Source of the DNA: Chloroflexota bacterium | GTDB taxonomy: Bacteria > Chloroflexota > Dormibacteria > Dormibacterales > Dormibacteraceae | DNA length: 64,000 nucleotides | Direction: 5' to 3' | Assembly (NCBI GenBank): GCA_005880915.1 | Contig: VBIW01000036.1 | Location: 27,800-91,799 of the forward strand | Shown here: one piece after another, positions 35,510 through 42,848 of the stretch | Layout of the letters: every line of letters starts with the position of its first letter | Numbering within the stretch: position 1 is the stretch's first letter | The notes under the pieces: model-generated | What the model saw: the letters and a program-made list of their open reading frames with translations, nothing else | What the model was told of the DNA's origin: nothing | Databases searched by the model: none | Made by a program: the position numbers and the translations under genes

Positions 35510-38313
35510 GCGTCTTCGTCCCACCGCTCGACACGTCGAGCCACGGGACTCAACAATGAGCGGCCCGTCCCAGCGACCAAGTCAGCGCCGCGCGACAGAA
35601 GGGCCGGTCGCAGGACCCACGAGATAAGTACCGCCAGGAAGACGAGCGAAAGCCACCAGGACGCCTCCTCGAAAACGGTCGGTCCGTATCTGAACACCAA
35701 CGACGACCCGGCCGGCACCGAGGGCAGGGACGCGAGCATGAAATCCATCTCGCCGCCCACGAGGTCGACAGGCTGCGAACCGGCCGGCGTGACCAGGCGT
35801 GCGGACCAGCCGGGGAAAAGCGACTCCTTGAAAAGCACCAGGCTCGGGCCAGACGACGGTTGAAGCGCAAGCGTTGCCTGGTCATCGCCACTCCAGGCGG
35901 GTGTGATCGGCAATTGAGAAGCCGCCCCGGGGTCGACGGCGAACAGCCATCCAAGCTGCGCCGCCAGGAACCGAGCCTCGTCCGCCGACCCGTTGGACGA
36001 GTTGTGCGCGATCAGGTTCATGCCGCTCCACAGCACACGTCCCAGGCCCGGCGTCGAGCTTGCGACCACCACCCTGGCGCCGACGCGAACGAGCTCCGTG
36101 GCCCCGGCGCGGACCCCCGCCGACGAGCTTGCGCCCCAACCGCTTCCCTGATAAGCCAGGCTGCCGAAAGAAGGGTCCACGCCGCCCTCGACGAGGACCG
36201 GCGCCGACGCGTCGAGCGCACTCCACTGCAGCGACGTGACAGGAAGGACGCCTGGCGCCCGTCCTGCGTTCCAGTCCGGGTCGACGTACTGCCACCCCGT
36301 CTCGACGAACAACCTGCCCCCTCCGCGCACGTAGCGGTCGAGCAGCGACCAGGCAGCGGCCTGGTCGTGGTACCGGTAGCCCAGCAGGAGTAAGCCCTTG
36401 TACCGCCGCAGCTGCTGGTCGGTGTAGTCGTCGATGAACTGCGACCCGCCGCGGACCAGCCATTCGGAAACGAAAGGCAGGAGACCTTGCGTTGCCTGCT
36501 TGAAGACCGAGTTGTACAGCTCGGGGATGCTGGTCTGGGTCGCGCCCACGACGAGGACTCCAGTTCCACCGGGCCACTGCGCCGCGAGTCCTGAGGGTCG
36601 AGGATTCACAAATGCCACTGGGTCCTGGCTGACCTGCGTCCACCCCATCGCCACGTAGTCCGACGCGCGTCCGGCTTGCGCGGGAGACAGCACTACTGCG
36701 TCAATCCCCAGCGCTTGCGCGAGCTGGGTCTTGACGGTCGTCCCAGGGCTCTGCAGCATGCTGTCCTCCAACCAAGACGACAGCTCTCTCGAGGGGATGA
36801 CCTGGTCGTTGTAAGAGTGGGTGATGCCCCCACCCACCAGCACGTGAAAGGCCATGTCGAGCGGTCCAATGTTGGAGTTCAGCTCCGCACGCGCGGGAGG
36901 CGACGGAAAGATCCCACCTAGCGCCGCGAGGGCCTGGCGTTTGGCCGGGCAGTCGAGGTCGCAGGAGATCTGCAGCGAACGCCACAGGCGAGGATCCACC
37001 AGCTGTTCGAGCAGAGGCGTGGAGCGCGCGCCCGCGGCGTTGTGCTGCCACAGGTCAGCCAGGCTCGGGGCTTTCGGAATGCTCGGCCCGTACGCGAGCT
37101 GAGCGCCTCCCTCGACTCGGGCGCCGAAGGCGATCACGTCCGCTGCAAGCACGACCACCATGAGCACGGGCAGCCCAGCCGCGAGGCCTGAGCGCAGAGC
37201 TGACGGCCATTTCCATCTGCGTGCCAGAAGAGTCGCGGCGACCCGCGGCGCTTCAAAGAGCCCGAGCGCGGCCAGGGCCGGCGCTGATACGGCTAGGAGC
37301 AGCTGGAGCGGCCGGTGCGCCTGGACGCCGAACTCCGCAAACCCCGGGATGACGAAGAAGGGTCTGTACAGGTCAAGGTTGGTCATGAACGCGACGCCGG
37401 CAACCCCTAGCAGCAGGAACAGTCGAGCGCGACCCTCTCTCCAGGCAAGCGGTACGGCGAGCAGCGCGGGGAGCAACACCGCGAGGCTGACGCTGTAAAG
37501 GTCGCTGACGTTGCGATCGCGAAGCGGGTGGAGCGAGAGGATGCTGGCCAGCTCGAAAGAGCTGAGCCGGCCAGGGTCGAAATTGCCCCCGGGCCCAGCC
37601 CAGTGCGAGCGAACCACGGCGAGGTACTGGACCTCCGCCCCAAGCCAGAAAGCCGAGAGGACGACCACACCCGCATAAATTGCAGGGGCGGCCACGACGA
37701 TCCAGCCCCAGGCGCGGCGGAGTGACAAGCGTGGTATGGCAACGGCATAGGCGGGAACGAGGATGAGGGGCGCGGCCAGGATGTGCGGCGAGACCGTGCC
37801 CATGATGGTGGTCAAGGCGACGAACGACGCACCTCCCAAACGAAACCGCCAACCTCGGTCGCCCGCAAGCCAGGCATGGAAAAAGACGTCAAGGGCGATC
37901 ACGCACGGCATGAAGAAAATCATCCCGACCCAGCTCGCGTACAGCCCGAAATGTGTCCATTCAACCCACCCGATCGGGCTCAGCAGAAACATGAAGCCGG
38001 CCGCAAGTCCTGCGAATGGGCGGCGCAGCCGCCAGTCGAAGAATGCGAACAGACCCGTCGCGGTCGCCGGCATCAGAGAGAACTGGACGATCTGGGCCCC
38101 GCCTTCGACGCTCGTCGCGAGCAGGCGTGAAGCTGCAACAGCGATCCAGTGCGCGCTGAGGGGATACCCCTCGCGGAAGGAGACCCCCATCCCGTCCCAT
38201 GGGTACCACCAGGGCAGGTTGGGAAAGGCAGGCGCGACCCACTCGATGAGATGGAGGTGGAACGGCGCTTCCGAGCCGGCCATGCCTGCCCAGAGCAATT
38301 GCCAACTGAGCAC
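35506..38313 (-). CDS. Large polytopic membrane protein (~12+ TM N-terminal half, ~500-aa extracytoplasmic half, C-terminal TM), GT-C-like
   Basis: 935 aa. Trp/Pro-rich start (APAFPNLPWWYPWDGMG), many TM helices, large soluble domain, terminal TM (WWLSLVFLAVLISWVL). Confidence 0.6.
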   Translation of the reverse strand: MLSWQLLWAGMAGSEAPFHLHLIEWVAPAFPNLPWWYPWDGMGVSFREGYPLSAHWIAVAASRLLATSVEGGAQIVQFSLMPATATGLFAFFDWRLRRPFAGLAAGFMFLLSPIGWVEWTHFGLYASWVGMIFFMPCVIALDVFFHAWLAGDRGWRFRLGGASFVALTTIMGTVSPHILAAPLILVPAYAVAIPRLSLRRAWGWIVVAAPAIYAGVVVLSAFWLGAEVQYLAVVRSHWAGPGGNFDPGRLSSFELASILSLHPLRDRNVSDLYSVSLAVLLPALLAVPLAWREGRARLFLLLGVAGVAFMTNLDLYRPFFVIPGFAEFGVQAHRPLQLLLAVSAPALAALGLFEAPRVAATLLARRWKWPSALRSGLAAGLPVLMVVVLAADVIAFGARVEGGAQLAYGPSIPKAPSLADLWQHNAAGARSTPLLEQLVDPRLWRSLQISCDLDCPAKRQALAALGGIFPSPPARAELNSNIGPLDMAFHVLVGGGITHSYNDQVIPSRELSSWLEDSMLQSPGTTVKTQLAQALGIDAVVLSPAQAGRASDYVAMGWTQVSQDPVAFVNPRPSGLAAQWPGGTGVLVVGATQTSIPELYNSVFKQATQGLLPFVSEWLVRGGSQFIDDYTDQQLRRYKGLLLLGYRYHDQAAAWSLLDRYVRGGGRLFVETGWQYVDPDWNAGRAPGVLPVTSLQWSALDASAPVLVEGGVDPSFGSLAYQGSGWGASSSAGVRAGATELVRVGARVVVASSTPGLGRVLWSGMNLIAHNSSNGSADEARFLAAQLGWLFAVDPGAASQLPITPAWSGDDQATLALQPSSGPSLVLFKESLFPGWSARLVTPAGSQPVDLVGGEMDFMLASLPSVPAGSSLVFRYGPTVFEEASWWLSLVFLAVLISWVLRPALLSRGADLVAGTGRSLLSPVARRVERWDEDA

Positions 38314-38383
38314 ATAGGCAACGAGGGCGAAAAAACCCGTGGCGACGACAAGACGCAGGGCTCCGAACGCCGCCGGTCCTGAC

Positions 38384-40045
38384 CTAGCCAGCTGCGGCCT
38401 TCTGTGCGGACGCGCAGTCAGCGGCGGCGGGCACCGGCACGTGCACGTCCTCCAACGCCCAGCCGTACGTGTCGACGGCGCCGACCCGGGTGAACCACTC
38501 GGGGTGGTCTGCGATGAGCAGTTGATACTGCTGCTTGCTCGGGTCCACGGCCCACAAACGCGTGCGGGTCGACGTCAACCAGCACTGCATGAGCGTGTCT
38601 CCGACATCCGGTCGCCTTGCGTACGAGAAATCGGTGACGTAATAGAACGGGTCGTACAGCTGTCCGACGACGTTCCGTCCCTGAAGGCCGTGATACTCGA
38701 CCATCGCGTAGAGCATGGCGGGCTTGTCCGGCGGGATGTTCAGGACGCGACCGCGATAGGCAGGCTGGTCATACACCGACATGAGCTGCGCCGCGGCGCC
38801 TTGCGACTGGGTCCACGTTTCGCGCGTCGCGCTGTAGAGGTGGAGGATGGGTCCCCACTCCAGCTGCGCGGCGAAGAGGCCGATCACGATCAGGGCCCAC
38901 GCAGCAGGCACGATGCGCCGTCCCGCGCGGCGCGGCAGCAGCCAGAGAAGGGTCACCGCGCCGAGCACCGCTGCGAACTCATAAGGAAACAAGAAAAATC
39001 TCTCCTGCCAGAACCAGGACTCCCAGCTGCGCAGGTACGAGGTCAGCCCGAGGGAGAGACCCGTGTAGGCCAGATAGCCGAACCCGAAGGTGAGGAACAT
39101 GTATGAAGGCGGCCGCCTCCACAACGTCAATCCAAGGCCGGCAAGGCCCGCGAGCATCAGCGCGAGCAGGAATGGACGTGCCGCCATCTGGTCAGGTGTC
39201 AGACCCGTCGAGAACTCCCACTTGCCGAAGATGTTGGCGAGCAGGTTCCAGTACACGGGATAGATCGGGTTGCCGGTGCGGTCGAGCAGCACCTTCATGT
39301 ACGCGAGGATCAGCGCGATCCATGCGATGGTCGCCAGGAGGCGCTGGTGCTCGTGCGCGCGCCGAAAATACGTCGCCACGAGCATGCCGAGGCTGAAGAT
39401 CCACGCCTCAGCGCGCGCCATGGCCGCCAGGGCCCACGCCACGCCGGTCCACACGCCGCGCTTTGGCCACAACCATATGCCGAGCAGCACAAGCGCGATG
39501 CCCATCGGCTCCAGGAAGCCGGTCGAGTCGATGAACACGCTCGTTGGGAGCAGCGCCGCGAAAAGGCCGGCCGCGATCGCGACCTGGAGTCCCCAGAAGC
39601 GCCGGCACAGGCTGAACACGAGGACCGCGGTCAGTGTTCCGAACAAGACGCTCACCAATCGCGCGATGACGATGTCGACCGAACCGGTCACGTAGAAGAG
39701 TCCGACGAGGAGCGCCGGATGAATGACGCCCCAGAAATAGTCGAGACCCTTCAGGTCCCACAACCGGGGCCCGCTCGGATCCCACAGACCGATCTCCTTG
39801 GTGAGGTAAGCGATCTGCCAGTGGTGGAACACGTCACCATGCCAGCCGTCGCCCGGGTTCTCGGGGTTGGTCAGGTAGAAGAGGGCGAAGAGGCGCGGCA
39901 GCAGCGCGACCGACCACACGGTGGCCAGCGCCCCCAAGGGCAGCGGGCTTGGAGTTGCTTCAGCGGCGGTAGCGTGCCGGTCGAGCTCGTCTGTCCGGCG
40001 CTCCTCATCGTCTTCGTCGGCGAGGATCCGCGGCAAGAGCCTCAA
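38384..40045 (-). CDS. GT-C fold glycosyltransferase (ArnT/PMT, family 39/83-like)
   Basis: 553 aa. Polytopic, with an early extracytoplasmic loop bearing acidic residues (NPENPGDGWHGDVFHHW) and a typical PMT_2-like helix pattern (ARLVSVLFGTLTAVLVFSL). Confidence 0.65.
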   Translation of the reverse strand: MRLLPRILADEDDEERRTDELDRHATAAEATPSPLPLGALATVWSVALLPRLFALFYLTNPENPGDGWHGDVFHHWQIAYLTKEIGLWDPSGPRLWDLKGLDYFWGVIHPALLVGLFYVTGSVDIVIARLVSVLFGTLTAVLVFSLCRRFWGLQVAIAAGLFAALLPTSVFIDSTGFLEPMGIALVLLGIWLWPKRGVWTGVAWALAAMARAEAWIFSLGMLVATYFRRAHEHQRLLATIAWIALILAYMKVLLDRTGNPIYPVYWNLLANIFGKWEFSTGLTPDQMAARPFLLALMLAGLAGLGLTLWRRPPSYMFLTFGFGYLAYTGLSLGLTSYLRSWESWFWQERFFLFPYEFAAVLGAVTLLWLLPRRAGRRIVPAAWALIVIGLFAAQLEWGPILHLYSATRETWTQSQGAAAQLMSVYDQPAYRGRVLNIPPDKPAMLYAMVEYHGLQGRNVVGQLYDPFYYVTDFSYARRPDVGDTLMQCWLTSTRTRLWAVDPSKQQYQLLIADHPEWFTRVGAVDTYGWALEDVHVPVPAAADCASAQKAAAG

Positions 40046-42270
40046 GCAGTCGCTGCCTCAGCCGCGACCTGCTCGTGCGCGCGGGCAACATCCAGCACGG
40101 CTCGCTCCATCGTGTCGACGTGCCTTTCCCAGTCGAAGCGACGGGCCCACTCGAACGCGCGCTCCCCGGCGGCCTGGTTTTCGCGGGCGTCGTCGAGCAG
40201 CCGTGTGATGCCCGCCGCGTAGTCGTTCACGTCGAGGGGCGCGGCCAGGTGCCCCGTGCGCGGCCCGACAGTGACGGTCGGGCCAGCCTGGTTCCACGCC
40301 ACGACCGGCACACCCTTGGCCATCGACTCGAGCACCCCCATGCCGAAGTCTTCCTCGGGCGCCGGATAGACGTATACCGCCGCGCCTTCGTAGAGCGACT
40401 GCAGCTCCTCCTCAGTGATGGGGCCCAGGAACAGCACCGCCTCCTGGAGCCCGAGCTCGCCGACAAGCGCCTTCCAGAGCGCCGTGTGTGACGTCGCCGG
40501 GCCCGGAATCACGAGCTGGACGCGAGGATGGCTCTTGCGCACCTCGAGCATCGCGCGGATCGCGAGGTCAAACCTCTTCTGCGGATAGTGGCGGTTCGTC
40601 AGCAGCACATACGGCCGCTGGATCGGATAGCCATTGACAGTCACGCCGCCGCTGAACCGCGACTCGACCGGGAGCGGAAAGCCCGACCCTGCCACGTGGC
40701 ATCCCGCAGGACAGTCGATTGCGTCGCGTCGATACGTCTTGCGGATGATGTCGCCGATGTAACCGCCGTTGACCAGCAGCTGGTCCGCCTCCTGGATGGA
40801 GCGCCTGTCAGCCCAGGCGACAAACCGGGTCGCTCGCAAGACGATCGCGGCGAGGAGGCGATAGTCGGCATTCGAGACCCACCCCGTCTGTCGGTCGATG
40901 TTGCGCGGATAGACGAGCCGGTTCGGTTGGTTGAGGTAGACCACGTAAGGCACGTCCATCAGGCGGGCCGCCCACCATGCGATCCACGCGCTGGGCTGGT
41001 TGCAGCCGACGATCGCGTCGACTCCGCGGAATCGCCACGCGTATAGGGGCATGAGCAGCGAGGTCGCCGCCATCTGCACCGCCTCGCGGAACGGAAACCA
41101 GCGCGGCAGCTGGGGCAGGAATGTCTTCACCCGCACGTCGCCGATCAAGTCCGGGTAGCACCGGGCCGCGTCGACGGTGGGCGCGAAACACTCGACCTCG
41201 TAGCCTCGCCTGCGCAGGCCCAACACCTCCTCGATGACGAGCCTCTCGCCGCCGCCGGAATAGGTGAACCCGCAGTGGAAGACAGCGATGCGACGTGGCC
41301 CTGGCACGCGCACGCGCCGCTTGCCGCCCACGAGGACCAGGCCGAAGAGGCCGAGCAAAAGTGAGTAGCCCGCCGTGATTGCGTGGTACAGCACGATCGC
41401 GCCGGCGGCCACCGCAGCGCTCAAACCCAGGCCGCCACCGAGGATGAGAGAGCCGGCCACCTCGAGGCTCCCGACGTAACCAGGGCCGGCCGGCACGGCA
41501 AACGCCAGGAGCAACGCGGGATAGGCCGCCATCGCCTTGAGCGTCGGAACCGAAATCCCGAGCGCCCAGAAGAGGAGGGTGAAGTTGAAAGCGTCGATCA
41601 CGAGGGCGACCGCCGTCAGCGCCGCGAGGCGTCCGACAACAGGCGGTGTCCACAGGCCCCGGGCCACGGCGCGAAATGCGAAGGCCTGGCCTGCGATGCC
41701 GGACGCGACCGATTGCGGCAGCCGGCGCCGGATCCGAGGCGAAGCCGCGATGCGAGGCCCAATCAGCGCTGTGCCGAACACCGCCGAGAGCAGTGCGATC
41801 GCGAGGGCGGCGGCGCCAAACAGCCCGCGCGGCGCGCTGACGAGGCCGGTCGAGGCCACCAACGCGAGCACGGCGAGGACTAGCGCTACCCCGGCGAGAT
41901 CGCACGCCTTGTCGATGACGATGGTGGCCAACGCAGAGCCCGATGGCACGCGGTGGCGCCGCCACAACCACCAGTACCGCGCCGCGTCTCCGGTGCGGAT
42001 GGGCAGCACGTAGTTGAGCAGGCTCGCGCCGGCGTTCATCGCAAAGGCGCGGACCAGGCCGACGGGTGCGAGCGGTCGGAGCAGGATCAACCACCGCCTG
42101 GCGCGGATCAGGCTGGTGACGAGGAAAAGCACGACCATCACCGCGACCGGCCACCAGCTGTGCACACGGGCGTGGGAGAGGATCTCGGGCAGGGAGACCG
42201 TGCGGAGCCAGAGCACGAGCAGGGCGACCCCGAATGCCGTCTGCAGCCCAAGACGAAGCCAGCGGTTCAC
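40042..42270 (-). CDS. Fusion of a flippase-like TM domain (lysyl-PG synthase TM region/UPF0104) with a GT4 glycosyltransferase
   Basis: 742 aa. N-terminal ~320 aa multi-TM (RARRWLILLRP...LPIRTGDAARY), then a GT-B domain (IAVFHCGFTYSGGGERLV...; C-terminal EEDFGMGVLESMAKGVPVVA = the E-x7-E region). Confidence 0.8.
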   Translation of the reverse strand: MNRWLRLGLQTAFGVALLVLWLRTVSLPEILSHARVHSWWPVAVMVVLFLVTSLIRARRWLILLRPLAPVGLVRAFAMNAGASLLNYVLPIRTGDAARYWWLWRRHRVPSGSALATIVIDKACDLAGVALVLAVLALVASTGLVSAPRGLFGAAALAIALLSAVFGTALIGPRIAASPRIRRRLPQSVASGIAGQAFAFRAVARGLWTPPVVGRLAALTAVALVIDAFNFTLLFWALGISVPTLKAMAAYPALLLAFAVPAGPGYVGSLEVAGSLILGGGLGLSAAVAAGAIVLYHAITAGYSLLLGLFGLVLVGGKRRVRVPGPRRIAVFHCGFTYSGGGERLVIEEVLGLRRRGYEVECFAPTVDAARCYPDLIGDVRVKTFLPQLPRWFPFREAVQMAATSLLMPLYAWRFRGVDAIVGCNQPSAWIAWWAARLMDVPYVVYLNQPNRLVYPRNIDRQTGWVSNADYRLLAAIVLRATRFVAWADRRSIQEADQLLVNGGYIGDIIRKTYRRDAIDCPAGCHVAGSGFPLPVESRFSGGVTVNGYPIQRPYVLLTNRHYPQKRFDLAIRAMLEVRKSHPRVQLVIPGPATSHTALWKALVGELGLQEAVLFLGPITEEELQSLYEGAAVYVYPAPEEDFGMGVLESMAKGVPVVAWNQAGPTVTVGPRTGHLAAPLDVNDYAAGITRLLDDARENQAAGERAFEWARRFDWERHVDTMERAVLDVARAHEQVAAEAATA

Positions 42271-42848
42271 ACGGTCACCTCGAGCTCAGGCGTCTGCACC
42301 ACCAGAATCCAGCGCTGGGCAAAGGTCCAGAAGGCGAACAAGAAACCTACGAACACGATGGTTCCGCCGTAGTCGTGGAAGAAGACGGCGGGTGCAACCC
42401 CGATCGTCGCGGCGATCGCTGCCACTGCGGAGACCCGCAGCAGGTTGAGCAGCACCGTCGCCGCGAGGCCGATGCACACGACCTGAACGCGAGCTTCGAG
42501 CGTATGGCCGCCACGCAAGCCGGTGACCAGGCTGACCCCGAATAGGATGAGGCTCTGCCAGCCGATGCAGTTCCACGAGATGAAGAGCGTATGCATCGAC
42601 CCTGCCGAGTCCCACACCACAAGATGGCTTCCAGACGTGGCGGCGCGAATGCCGGCGAGGCCGAGCAGACTCACGACCATCCGCGATTCCGCCGGTACGA
42701 TCGCCTGAAGAGGGTTGTTCGCGCCGAGCTGCATCGCCCATGCGGTCAGCAGATCATCGAACGTGGTCACGAGCGGAAGCACCATCAGGAGCGCGCACGT
42801 GAGCGCGATCAGCATGAGGTTCACGTCGTCTCGATCGCGCAGTCTCAT
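42267..42848 (-). CDS. Exosortase/archaeosortase-family protein (short, XrtG-like)
   Basis: ORF 42267..43268 trimmed to ATG 42848 (ATGA overlap with the GT2 stop). 193 aa, about 5-6 TM. Ordered Cys/Arg/His motifs: ISWNCIGWQSL, LLNLLRVSAV, VFFHDYGGT. Confidence 0.7.
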   Translation of the reverse strand: MRLRDRDDVNLMLIALTCALLMVLPLVTTFDDLLTAWAMQLGANNPLQAIVPAESRMVVSLLGLAGIRAATSGSHLVVWDSAGSMHTLFISWNCIGWQSLILFGVSLVTGLRGGHTLEARVQVVCIGLAATVLLNLLRVSAVAAIAATIGVAPAVFFHDYGGTIVFVGFLFAFWTFAQRWILVVQTPELEVTV

